A DNA stretch of 64,000 nucleotides from the NCBI GenBank assembly GCA_963674755.2, contig CAXXVS010000002.1, forward strand, positions 2,304,001-2,368,000, written 5' to 3'. This DNA comes from Desulfobacterales bacterium. Lineage in GTDB: Bacteria; Desulfobacterota; Desulfobacteria; Desulfobacterales; UBA5852. The notes beneath the pieces were generated by a model that ran no database searches, had not been told where the DNA came from, and saw only the letters and a program-made list of their open reading frames with translations. This document shows, piece by piece, positions 20,371 to 29,158 of the stretch. The stretch's first letter is position 1. Every line of letters starts with the position of its first letter. Made by a program: the position numbers and the translations under genes.

Positions 20371-20718
20371 TCATTTTTTTTTCGCCCGGTCCAGGCCGGG
20401 ATCCAGCTTCAGCTCCGTCAGCACGTCCTTTAAGGCCATCTTGTGGCGCATCAGGGCGCTCTCCCGCTGGGCCTCGGCCAGCTGCTTTTCCAAGGCCTCC
20501 CGATGGCGGTCCACAGGCTTTTGCGGGCGGCCGGCAGGCTGATCCTCCAGGCTGCCCAAAAGGGCGCTTAGGCCCCGTTCCTCCCACTTGTAGTAGGTTT
20601 TCCTGGAGACGCCCAACTGGCGGGCCGCCTGGCTGGCACTCAGAAGACCGCAACGCACCTTCATGATCGCCTCGGCCCGCTGACGGGCCCTCTTTTGCGA
20701 TGGAGGACGCGCTTTCAT
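20371..20718 (-). CDS. HTH protein of the IS element
   Basis: ASQAARQLGVSRKTYYKWE. Confidence 0.8.
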   Translation of the reverse strand: MKARPPSQKRARQRAEAIMKVRCGLLSASQAARQLGVSRKTYYKWEERGLSALLGSLEDQPAGRPQKPVDRHREALEKQLAEAQRESALMRHKMALKDVLTELKLDPGLDRAKKK

Positions 20719-20739
20719 TATCGCCTCCTGGTGAAGGAA

Positions 20740-21048
20740 CTAGGTGGCGCTGGCCTTCTGGATGCTGCGCAGGCGCTTCTCCAATTTCGCATTGGGGGCG
20801 GCCAGCTTCTTTTCGATCAGCCGTGTGAGCCGGTGATTGAGCGGCGGTAAGGGGGCTTTCGTCGTGGGATCCAGCGCTTTGAGCATGCCCTCGATGGCCA
20901 GGTTCTGCCACTGGCCGAGCAGCGCCGGGCTGATCTCCATCTCCTGGCAGACCTGGGCGCTCGTGCGACGCTCGCTCCAGATCGACAACACGGCCGTGAT
21001 TTTCTGTTGTGGATCGAATATCCTGCGGGGACGTTTGGCTGTCTTCAT
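20740..21048 (-). CDS. HTH/OrfA-like protein of the IS element
   Basis: RRIFDPQQKI.AVL..W, VCQEMEIS..L.QW. Confidence 0.72.
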   Translation of the reverse strand: MKTAKRPRRIFDPQQKITAVLSIWSERRTSAQVCQEMEISPALLGQWQNLAIEGMLKALDPTTKAPLPPLNHRLTRLIEKKLAAPNAKLEKRLRSIQKASAT

Positions 21049-21448
21049 CGTCTATACCCTTTCTCGCATCGTAGACAAGTTCTTTTTGGGGGCGCTGCTG
21101 CTCACCATCCACCAGCATGCGCACTTTGCCCTTTTCCGCCCGGATCACCACGGATTGATCTCCCATGCGGCCCACCATGTAAAACGGGTCCACCGGCCGG
21201 CCCCGCAGGGCCAGCTCGAGGGCGTTTTCCTCCACCCCCTGCGCCAGGGTGCGTTTTAGATCGTGGGCGATTTCAAAGAACCGATCGGCCGGGCAAAGCC
21301 CGCCGATGCCCTGATGCGGTCGTTTGTAATTGTAATACTTCACCCAGTACGCGCAGCGCTCCACGGCCTCGTCAAAGCTGGCAAACTGCGCGCGCATACG
21401 CGGCTTGGCCTTCCCCCCTCTATCCTTGGTCTTACCTCTCTTAACCAT
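21045..21448 (-). pseudogene. Internally deleted IS481-type transposase
   Basis: Short N-terminus fused to YYNYKRPHQGIGG..PADRF; catalytic core missing. Confidence 0.65.
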
Positions 21449-21542
21449 GGGACACACTCCTTTCATTTCAATTGATTCCTACACTCAGGAGTGTTACCCA
21501 ATTTCCCTATATCGGTTGTGTCATCATCTGGTGACTAGGACA

Positions 21543-21641
21543 ACCATGAAAAGACAAGCCTATGGCTACCGTGATCAGGAGTTCTTTAAACTTAAAATCA
21601 TGACCATTCACTTGGCCAGGTACGCATTAATCGGATGAACC
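21543..21641 (+). mobile_element. ISL3 right-end remnant
   Basis: KRQAYGYRDQEFFKLKI C-terminus and GAACC terminal end. Confidence 0.8.
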
Positions 21642-21813
21642 TGCAATTTGGATATATGCATGTTCTCTGTTTCCAATATTTTTTACTATATTTTTGGCTT
21701 ATTGATTTGAAAAGAGGGCTATAAGCTTTAAAGCTTTGTATTTCAAGTGATCGATTATCTATGAGCTCAATTAGATTTTCTAATTCAGCCTCAATGATAT
21801 TCTTGCCTTCCAT
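21642..21813 (-). pseudogene. Cassette gene, N-terminal part
   Basis: MEGKNII...TCIYPNC cut by the ISL3 end; cassette core GTTAGAA matches R'' at 18200-18206. Confidence 0.7.
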
Positions 21814-21897
21814 ATCAGTAGTACCTATTTGCTGATTCCCCAAAACTTATCATAGACGGAGATGTTTTTTCTGAGTTCACCCGAAACTTGAAGCGAT

Positions 21898-21965
21898 TTC
21901 TAACGGTGATGCTTACCGGCTGGACGGCATTTTATCGCCCAGTCGGGTAGAGCATTTTGTTAGAA
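21898..21965 (-). other. attC site 17
   Basis: R'' TTCTAAC ... R' GTTAGAA. Confidence 0.85.
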
Positions 21966-22431
21966 AATTTATTATCTTTTGCGGCAACCAATTAATGTTT
22001 TCCTGAGGTAACCAATTGATGTCTTCTAAACCCTGTAGCGCAAGTTTCGCTTCCTTTAGGGACTCCATATACATTAGTTTATCACGAGTGTCAGGATCTA
22101 CCTCCAACATATTACTATTATTTATAACTTTAAGAATTTTGTCTGAAACTTTTGGAGAAAAATAAACTGTTCTCTCAACCCAAGCCGAAATCACCTCTTC
22201 ACACACCTGTTTGAAATTTTCTTTTCTTGATACTGCATCTGCCAACTTAAAAAGTAGAACATGCATGACCTTGTAGGCTTCTATTCGTTCTTTAAAAATA
22301 AGATCCAAACGCTCTTGATATTTTTTCCATCTTACACTTTTAAGTTGGAATACTTGTATTATAACCTGACCAATTAAGGTTATTGAGCTTCCGATTATTA
22401 CTCCAAGTAGGACATCGTTCATATCAATCAC
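21913..22431 (-). CDS. Cassette: hypothetical protein with N-terminal TM
   Basis: ORF fills the cassette and reads into attC. Confidence 0.78.
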   Translation of the reverse strand: MIDMNDVLLGVIIGSSITLIGQVIIQVFQLKSVRWKKYQERLDLIFKERIEAYKVMHVLLFKLADAVSRKENFKQVCEEVISAWVERTVYFSPKVSDKILKVINNSNMLEVDPDTRDKLMYMESLKEAKLALQGLEDINWLPQENINWLPQKIINFLTKCSTRLGDKMPSSR

Positions 22432-22433
22432 CT

Positions 22434-22491
22434 TTCTAACGGCGGGGCTTTGTGGCGAGGGAACCGAGTCCGCAACAGCCCAAGGTTAGCC
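22434..22491 (-). other. attC site 16
   Basis: R'' GGCTAAC ... R' GTTAGAA. Confidence 0.85.
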
Positions 22492-22852
22492 TTTATTTGG
22501 TCGCTTTATAAAAAACTGCCGATAATGATAAATCCAAGAACTATAAAGTAAGACGATTATTATTGATCCAATATCAACCATCTTGAATCTAAGAGCTATA
22601 TCATTTTGATTATCCCAACCAGCACGGATTAAAATGTCATTATTTACCAACAGGATATTAAAAATAAAAGCGATAATAAAAAAAGCATTAAAATAGAGGA
22701 ATCCGTAGTATGACCATCGATGAATTTTAAAAATTCCGATCGCCAATACAATATTTATAAGAATTATTATAGATTGCAGGATATCATAATGCATGCCCTC
22801 GAATAGAAATCCAAATAGTATAAAACTACTATTGGCATTAAATAATTTAGGT

Positions 22853-24260
22853 CACTCTTGTCCAAAAACGGGATTATATGGAAGTAATCTAATGAGATCT
22901 TGAAAAAAAGCCCCCTTGTAAGGCATGGTTTAGCTGCGAAGAAAAACCTATAGCCAACAACAAGGAGGCAAATTGATGGTACGTCACGCAAGCCTGTTCA
23001 GTCAACTGGTTGGTCTGTTTAATCGAGGGCATTTTCATAACCTGGTCTTTCGGCATCAGGCGGAGCGGGTATGCAAAGGGTTTCACCAGCTGGGATCATT
23101 TCGTAGCCATGCTTTTTTGCCAACTTGCCCAAGCCAAGAGCCTTCGCGAAATTTGTGGCGGCTTATCCTGCTGCCTGGGCAAGCTGCGTCATCTGGGGGT
23201 GCAAAAATCCCCGAATAAATCCACGCTGTCCTATGCCAATGCCCATCGTCCCTGGCAATTGTACCGGGATCTCTTTTATCAGACCCTCAACGTCTGCAAA
23301 ATGGCCGGACCTGGCAAACACCGTTTCCGCTTTAAGAACAAGCTACTGTCGCTGGACAGCTCCACCATCTCATTGTGTCTGTCTTTGTTTCCCTGGGCTA
23401 AATTCCGTCGAACCAAAGGGGCCGTGAAACTCCACTTGCTGTTAGATCACGATGGCTATCTGCCCACCTTCGCCTACATCTCTAACGGAAAGAAGCACGA
23501 TGTGACCATCGCCCGCGGGGTACCGCTGGCTCCCCATTCGATTGTCGCCATGGACCGTGCCTACAATGACTATCGGCTCTTTGCCGAATGGACAGAAAAC
23601 CAGATTTACTTTGTCACCCGGCTCAAGGGCAATGCCGATTACAGGGTTGTCGAGGATCGCGGCGTACCTGCCAACCGTAATATCCTAAGCGATGAGCTCA
23701 TCGAGTTTAATGGCTATAAGGCACATAAACGCTGTCCCTATCCCCTGCGCAAAGTCGTTGTATGGGACAAGGAGCATGACCGGGAGCTCATCCTCTTAAC
23801 CAATCACCTGAAGTTTGGCGCTACGACCGTATCGGCCATTTACAAAGATCGCTGGCAGATCGAGCTCTTCTTCAAGGCGCTTAAACAAAATTTGAAAGTG
23901 AAAACCTTTGTCGGCACGACAGAAAATGCCCTCTTCATTCAGATTTGGACAGCACTGATTGCCATGCTTCTGATCAAGTATCTCAGTTTCAAGGCCAAAT
24001 TTGGCTGGTCGTTGTCGAACCTAGTGGCGTTTTTGCGTTGGAACCTGTTTACCTATAGGGATTTATGGGAATGGATCGACCACCCCTTCGATGTGCTGCC
24101 GATCATCCCCAAATCCGTCCAATATCTTCTTCCGTTCAAGGGACTTGGACAGCATCAATTGAAAACGGCAACCTGATTTTAACTTTAGGGCATTTATACG
24201 CCTAACTCCTTGATATCGTTACACCCGAAAGGGATTCTTAGTTTATTTTGGACAGCAGTG
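22853..24260 (+). mobile_element. IS4-family insertion sequence
   Basis: TIRs CACTCTTGTCCAAAA / TTTTGGACAGCAGTG; 9-bp target duplication AATTTAGGT. Confidence 0.93.
23010..24176 (+). CDS. IS4 transposase (probable frameshift near the 5' end; true start likely ~22976)
   Basis: LDSSTI, MDRAY, IYKDRWQIELFFKALK (YREK); N-terminus MVRHASLFSQL lies in another frame. Confidence 0.88.
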   Translation: MVCLIEGIFITWSFGIRRSGYAKGFTSWDHFVAMLFCQLAQAKSLREICGGLSCCLGKLRHLGVQKSPNKSTLSYANAHRPWQLYRDLFYQTLNVCKMAGPGKHRFRFKNKLLSLDSSTISLCLSLFPWAKFRRTKGAVKLHLLLDHDGYLPTFAYISNGKKHDVTIARGVPLAPHSIVAMDRAYNDYRLFAEWTENQIYFVTRLKGNADYRVVEDRGVPANRNILSDELIEFNGYKAHKRCPYPLRKVVVWDKEHDRELILLTNHLKFGATTVSAIYKDRWQIELFFKALKQNLKVKTFVGTTENALFIQIWTALIAMLLIKYLSFKAKFGWSLSNLVAFLRWNLFTYRDLWEWIDHPFDVLPIIPKSVQYLLPFKGLGQHQLKTAT

Positions 24261-24362
24261 AATTTAGGTATTCCAATAATAGCGGCTAAGAATGTAAAGA
24301 CGCTTAATATTGTAAGCCCTTTTGGTCTGATAATATTGTCCATAACATCCGTTATGTTTGGA

Positions 24363-24490
24363 GGCTAACGCTCTACATGACCGGACGGGAAAACGATCAC
24401 GTCCTATGCAAAGGATACGTTTAATAATGATTGCTTAAAAGCTAATAATGGCATCGTTTTCCCGGTCCGATGTCCATGCAGTTGTTATGT
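24363..24490 (-). other. attC site 15 (long)
   Basis: R'' ACATAAC ... R' GTTAGCC. Confidence 0.82.
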
Positions 24491-24736
24491 CTTATCTCGC
24501 TTATTGTTTCTTGATAGAAATCCATAACCAAAAAAACCTAAACCCAAAAAAAGCCCTACGAGGATCAAACTATAAAATTTATTATCTTTTCCAAATATAA
24601 TTAAAGCCAAGATAATTCCTACAATCCCGACGACTACAGCAAAGCCAGTTTGATTAGCTTCACGTTTATTTAGCTTTGCCCCTCTGAAGGGAACTATCTG
24701 GGCTTCATCCTTTTCGTTGTTTGAGCTTTTCTTCAT
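24485..24736 (-). CDS. Cassette: small 2-TM protein
   Basis: ORF fills the cassette. Confidence 0.75.
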   Translation of the reverse strand: MKKSSNNEKDEAQIVPFRGAKLNKREANQTGFAVVVGIVGIILALIIFGKDNKFYSLILVGLFLGLGFFGYGFLSRNNKRDKT

Positions 24737-24760
24737 AATTTATTCAATTTTATCTCAGAG

Positions 24761-24833
24761 ACATAACGTTCTTCTCACCTGGCCGGTGTGGAGCGGCAGC
24801 GTAACACCGGTCAGGTGAAGAAATTGGTTAAAA
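24761..24833 (-). other. attC site 14
   Basis: R'' TTTTAAC ... R' GTTATGT. Confidence 0.85.
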
Positions 24834-25160
24834 GCTATTTTTATTTTGTTTTCCAAAAGTCATCAACAGTATGCCAGCAACCAAAAGGTTTAATCCAATT
24901 AAATGAACAATAAGGGCAAACGACATAGTTGAATGAACCCAGTCCAGTAATCTGTGCTGAGTTTCAGATACAAAATTTTGCCAGGGAATTATTTTATTAT
25001 ACATTGAACCGATTGCTGCGAGGAATGCACCTCCACCAAAAAGCATCCCACTTTTTGTCCGAAATTTATAGTAATAGAATACTCCGGATATTGCTAAAGC
25101 CGGTAATGTAATGAAACTGTAAAAGGAACCTAATATTTTCAATAACAACTGATTATCCAT
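24828..25160 (-). CDS. Cassette: small membrane protein
   Basis: Three hydrophobic segments; stop codon in R''. Confidence 0.78.
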   Translation of the reverse strand: MDNQLLLKILGSFYSFITLPALAISGVFYYYKFRTKSGMLFGGGAFLAAIGSMYNKIIPWQNFVSETQHRLLDWVHSTMSFALIVHLIGLNLLVAGILLMTFGKQNKNSF

Positions 25161-25175
25161 AACTCTCTATTAGAC

Positions 25176-25238
25176 TTTTAACGTCCGAGCTGAGACGCGC
25201 GAGGTTTCGCGCGTCGGTTCTCAAGCGACAGGTTAGAT
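25176..25238 (-). other. attC site 13
   Basis: R'' ATCTAAC ... R' GTTAAAA. Confidence 0.85.
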
Positions 25239-25691
25239 CATTCTTCTTTTAATTAGTCCGGAATAGCTCTTCACTATAAAAATTATGCTGAAGACGAAAA
25301 CTAAAGGTGCGACAATATCCTTGTGAATTATTGGGACAGGAGATTGAATTAGCAGATCTTTATATATTATTTTAATCCAATCCAAGACACCGCCTTTATG
25401 TGAAAATGCAGCAAATAGTCGGCCTGCAACCATGTAAGTTGAAATGGCGATTGTAATATGGCGTCCGGCTTTTTTCCCTTTTAGCAAAAGGTATCCACCC
25501 AATACCCCGACGACAATCATCAGGTAAGCTTTCGCAATGCTGAGATGGACAGCGTTTTGAACCGATGGGTCCGTGGGTATTGGATAATTCGTAAAAGGCG
25601 GCACATATTTGAGATACATCAACCAAACACAAATTGATAATATGCCTATTGTATATTCGATCCGGCTATTGTTCATATCATAAGGTTTCAT
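25233..25691 (-). CDS. Cassette: membrane protein
   Basis: Four hydrophobic segments; cassette core GTTAGAT at 25702-25708. Confidence 0.78.
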   Translation of the reverse strand: MKPYDMNNSRIEYTIGILSICVWLMYLKYVPPFTNYPIPTDPSVQNAVHLSIAKAYLMIVVGVLGGYLLLKGKKAGRHITIAISTYMVAGRLFAAFSHKGGVLDWIKIIYKDLLIQSPVPIIHKDIVAPLVFVFSIIFIVKSYSGLIKRRMI

Positions 25692-25708
25692 TTGGTAGAC
25701 GATCTAAC

Positions 25709-26053
25709 GTTCGCTTCAGCCCGTCGAGTGTCATATTGGAAAGGGTCGGGCTGATTATCCCGCCCTGAGGCGCTCCTTTACGAGAAGGATATAAGATGCC
25801 GTTTTCAACATATCCTGCCGTGAGCCACTTGCTAAGAACAACTTTATCCATTACGATGTTTTCGAGCATCCACTCTGATGAAATGTTATCGAAACACCCG
25901 GCGATAGGCCCGTGCTCACTGACGGCGCGTAAAGTCCTTTGCCTACTCTCGCCATATTGCCCCACGGGCGCAACACTCGATACGGGTGGGCGGCTAGCCC
26001 TTACCCGACAGGGACTTACACCCTGCAAGATGCACCAAGCTTCGCTTGGCGCG
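25709..26053 (-). mobile_element. Group II intron remnant: 5' ribozyme piece plus RT fragment
   Basis: CGCGCCAAGC..GGGTGTAAGTCCC 5' end; peptide CFDNIS..WL.AGY...GAPQGGIISPTLSNMTLDGL. Confidence 0.88.
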
Positions 26054-26122
26054 CTAACGGTTGAGCTGTGGGGCGGTAGATGCGTCAGCATTTATCCGTC
26101 CCACACAAGTGATTTGTTAGCC
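26052..26122 (-). other. attC site 12
   Basis: R'' GGCTAAC ... R' GTTAG followed by the intron. Confidence 0.85.
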
Positions 26123-26123
26123 A

Positions 26124-26573
26124 TTAACTTGGTCTCATGTATATAGCTAAAAAGGATAGCACTAATGCAACTTCAACGAACACAATTAAATATACGAGGT
26201 GCTTAAAGTATGGTTTTGATTCTTTTATATATGACATCCAACTTTTCTTTTCAGTTGAGTTGGATTTATTGATTTTTTCTAGTTTTCTTGTGCTTAGTTT
26301 TTTTTCCATTATGAATCGAAATGATGATATCCCGAAAAAAATCACTAAAATAAGCGATAACTTGTTTGCAAAATTAACAAAATTGATTGTGACAATTGCT
26401 CCTTCTCCTACAAGTACTGTTGAATGGCCTCCTCTATTACGCAATTGAATTTCATTTATTTCTTCAAACTTCTTTGTCCAATAACCATGAAGCATGAATG
26501 AATATATGGTAATAAGAATTAACAAAAATAGAATTGTATACATCGATTTTGATGATTTAAATTTGAATAGCAT
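26124..26573 (-). CDS. Cassette: 3-TM hypothetical protein
   Basis: ORF fills the cassette. Confidence 0.75.
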   Translation of the reverse strand: MLFKFKSSKSMYTILFLLILITIYSFMLHGYWTKKFEEINEIQLRNRGGHSTVLVGEGAIVTINFVNFANKLSLILVIFFGISSFRFIMEKKLSTRKLEKINKSNSTEKKSWMSYIKESKPYFKHLVYLIVFVEVALVLSFLAIYMRPS

Positions 26574-26588
26574 TATTTAAATGTAGGT

Positions 26589-26658
26589 GGCTAACGACCA
26601 AGCTGAGACGCGCAAAACGCGCAAGCGTTTTCGCGTCGATTCCAGCGCCAGGTTAGCC
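26589..26658 (-). other. attC site 11
   Basis: R'' GGCTAAC ... R' GTTAGCC. Confidence 0.87.
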
Positions 26659-27108
26659 TTGTTTTAGGTGTTTTGAAATATAGCGGACAATAAAATGCGC
26701 ATTTCCCGCCTCATTTTGAGCGAATTTTATATCCCCCTTATCCATGAATGCTTTTTCATGAATCAGTTCATTTCTTGTTCTTTGAAATTTTTCTGCTGTA
26801 TCCAAAATACTTGGATCTAAAATGCCCATCATTCTTAATTTTTCTTTATATGGCTTTTTATTGTGTTTATTAAACTGATTTTTACTATGATTCGTTACCA
26901 TGAATTGGTGAAATATTGCCTCAATCCACATAACAGCAAATACAACTACAATCATTGATTTCTTAAACGATAATTGGGAGGGATCGTATTTTATAATATA
27001 ACCACTACCATCTGCTTTAGGCGTTCTATTATTCTCTATATCCCTCACCATATCAGAATAATTGTCGTAAACAATTTGTTGGTAGATGTTTACGTTTGAG
27101 TAGGTCAT
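26653..27108 (-). CDS. Cassette: putative HEPN-domain protein
   Basis: Helical protein with upstream IEA and RNELIH (R-X4-H). Confidence 0.65.
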   Translation of the reverse strand: MTYSNVNIYQQIVYDNYSDMVRDIENNRTPKADGSGYIIKYDPSQLSFKKSMIVVVFAVMWIEAIFHQFMVTNHSKNQFNKHNKKPYKEKLRMMGILDPSILDTAEKFQRTRNELIHEKAFMDKGDIKFAQNEAGNAHFIVRYISKHLKQG

Positions 27109-27124
27109 TGATTATTACGCAAAA

Positions 27125-27185
27125 GGCTAACGATTTTGATGTGGGGCGCGCGCCTTTGCGCGTCCCAACCAGCAAGTTGTTAGAA
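27125..27185 (-). other. attC site 10
   Basis: R'' TTCTAAC ... R' GTTAGCC; similar to 29073-29135. Confidence 0.87.
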
Positions 27186-27200
27186 ATAGAACTCTTTTGG

Positions 27201-27758
27201 CTAACTCTTTATATTAACGCCGTGATCCTTCAACTTCATTTCTAATTTACGAATATCATTTTTGATTTGATTATTTTGGTCATTTAACTCTGATAACCTA
27301 CTTTTAAACTCATTATTCGTCTTAATTGTTTCATCATTAATCAAGTCGAGTTTTTTTGTTATTAACTGGTAATGCTCTAAGTATTTTTCCGAAATAGCTG
27401 CGGCTATTATTATCTTTTCGCGGTTGGACTGTTTCATTTCTGCTTTTAGAATTTCATGGTGCTTCTTAACGATTTCTTCTTGGATTGGTAATATTTGCTC
27501 TTTAAACCATGTATTCTGTTTCATTGCTGGTGTTATCAATTCATTTCTACATTCAGGAAAGGTTGCCTTTTTCTCTTCAGTAATTATGTCACTAATCCTT
27601 TTGTATGGGCGTTTTTGAATGGCCTCATCAATCTGGTCAAACAATTGATTAATATTTATAAAAAATTTTGATATCAGTTCATCATCGTACTTTTCTGAAT
27701 GGCAGGACAAACCCGTGAACAACAAGGTAGCAATAATTATAAATAAAGTTCTTTTCAT
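27201..27758 (-). CDS. Cassette: lipoprotein with coiled coil
   Basis: Lipobox-like GLSC after a signal peptide. Confidence 0.78.
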   Translation of the reverse strand: MKRTLFIIIATLLFTGLSCHSEKYDDELISKFFININQLFDQIDEAIQKRPYKRISDIITEEKKATFPECRNELITPAMKQNTWFKEQILPIQEEIVKKHHEILKAEMKQSNREKIIIAAAISEKYLEHYQLITKKLDLINDETIKTNNEFKSRLSELNDQNNQIKNDIRKLEMKLKDHGVNIKS

Positions 27759-27760
27759 AT

Positions 27761-27831
27761 TTCTAACGTTGAGTTGAGACGCGGGAAACGCGTCAGCGTT
27801 TACCCGTCGAGACTCAAACGATTTGTTAGAT
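27761..27831 (-). other. attC site 9
   Basis: R'' ATCTAAC ... R' GTTAGAA. Confidence 0.87.
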
Positions 27832-27839
27832 GTGGTTCC

Positions 27840-28106
27840 TTATTTTTTTAAATAATCTGCAAGAAAAGCCAACACCATTAACGAAATAACAATATACCAT
27901 CCAATTTTCTCTCGCTTGGAAAGTGGTCGTTCAAAAATTTTCGCAAACGATTCATGAAAAGGTTTACTGAGCGGCCCATAAATTAAATTCCGTGCCATTT
28001 TTGTCTTGGTTCCGTTCCCATCTTCAGATTTCAATAATAAGAATCCAATAAAGAGAATTATTATTGAGACGATGGGTAGGATTTTGAATAATGACTCGGT
28101 TTCCAT
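27840..28106 (-). CDS. Cassette: small 2-TM protein
   Basis: ORF fills the cassette. Confidence 0.75.
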   Translation of the reverse strand: METESLFKILPIVSIIILFIGFLLLKSEDGNGTKTKMARNLIYGPLSKPFHESFAKIFERPLSKREKIGWYIVISLMVLAFLADYLKK

Positions 28107-28119
28107 TTATTTGTTCAAC

Positions 28120-28178
28120 ATCTAACGCCAAAAATCAGCGGCGCAGCTTTTTGCGTTCGCTGGATTTTTTTGTTAGCT
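28120..28178 (-). other. attC site 8
   Basis: R'' AGCTAAC ... R' GTTAGAT. Confidence 0.87.
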
Positions 28179-29013
28179 GTAATTTTTCGTTGAATTTAAG
28201 ATGTACCATTTTTATGGCATTAAAAAATTTAATGACTTTAATAGAAGAGATATCTTGTTTAGCCCAATGTTCATCAATTTTCACCTTGGAGTAAAATGGA
28301 TATTCGTTAATAATTTCTATGTGTTGGTTCCATTTAGCAACGGACTCTGCTGAATTAATAGCCCAACGCATCCTTGCTTCTATATCACTTTTGCATTTAT
28401 TCTGTCTTTCACCAAGCCGATTAAGCCATAGCATAATTTTCGAGTAGATTTCGAACACCATTTCACTATTAGGAAATTCCTTTAATAAATCATTAAGCAA
28501 TCCTTTTACTTCTTTCTCGTTAAAATATGCTAATAACCCTGCGGCAATAATGAGAATTTTTGCCCCCCTTATTTCGATATCCTTGAACCAACTTCTATCA
28601 AAAACAGATTTAGCAATATATTTATTTCTTTCACCCTGAGGAATTAACTGATTCCTTAAAAAAATGGTGTCCTCTAAATCAAGATCGTACCAAAATATTC
28701 TTCCATTATCAATTCGATGGAACGTTGTATCTAATCCTGCCCCAATATTAATGATTGTTGCATCTGGCCAGGCACTGATTACATCTAAAATTTCTTTATC
28801 AAAATTGAAAGCACGAATTGCGCTGTTTATTTGTAAATGAGCCGGAATATTTTGTAAAAAAGTAGAGTCGAATTCAAGTTTAGATATTATTTCATGTGCA
28901 TATTTGTCCCTAATGATGGCTGAATCATTCTCATATTCTTTAGCCCGACCCCATAAAGGAATAAGCAGCGTTTTTTGCACTCCATTTAGGGTGGTTTTTA
29001 ATTTGTTTTCCAC
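28135..29013 (-). CDS. Cassette: class I SAM methyltransferase (LCM/TcmP-like)
   Basis: TLLIPLWGRA, INIGAGLDT, WYDLDL, AGLL.YF. Confidence 0.88.
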   Translation of the reverse strand: MENKLKTTLNGVQKTLLIPLWGRAKEYENDSAIIRDKYAHEIISKLEFDSTFLQNIPAHLQINSAIRAFNFDKEILDVISAWPDATIINIGAGLDTTFHRIDNGRIFWYDLDLEDTIFLRNQLIPQGERNKYIAKSVFDRSWFKDIEIRGAKILIIAAGLLAYFNEKEVKGLLNDLLKEFPNSEMVFEIYSKIMLWLNRLGERQNKCKSDIEARMRWAINSAESVAKWNQHIEIINEYPFYSKVKIDEHWAKQDISSIKVIKFFNAIKMVHLKFNEKLQLTKKSSERKKLRR

Positions 29014-29072
29014 TAATCCATTTATCCTTTTAGATATTGATGGTTAATTTACGGAATAATTAACTAATTGAC

Positions 29073-29135
29073 AGCTAACGTTGTTGATGTGGGGTGCGCG
29101 TTAGTTTGCGCGTCCCAACCAGCAGCTGGTTAGAC
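29073..29135 (-). other. attC site 7
   Basis: R'' GTCTAAC ... R' GTTAGCT. Confidence 0.87.
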
Positions 29136-29158
29136 AAGCAGATATTTCATGCTGAGCG

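Larger units (their letters stand above)
19296..21542 (-). mobile_element. IS481-like multi-ORF element
   Basis: TGT...ACA ends with ATGACACAA at the same offset in both; no target duplication. Confidence 0.75.
22486..24343 (-). pseudogene. Cassette membrane protein interrupted by IS4
   Basis: MDNIIRPKGLTIL...GIPK continues in frame as LFNANSS...MHYDIL once the IS is removed. Confidence 0.82.
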
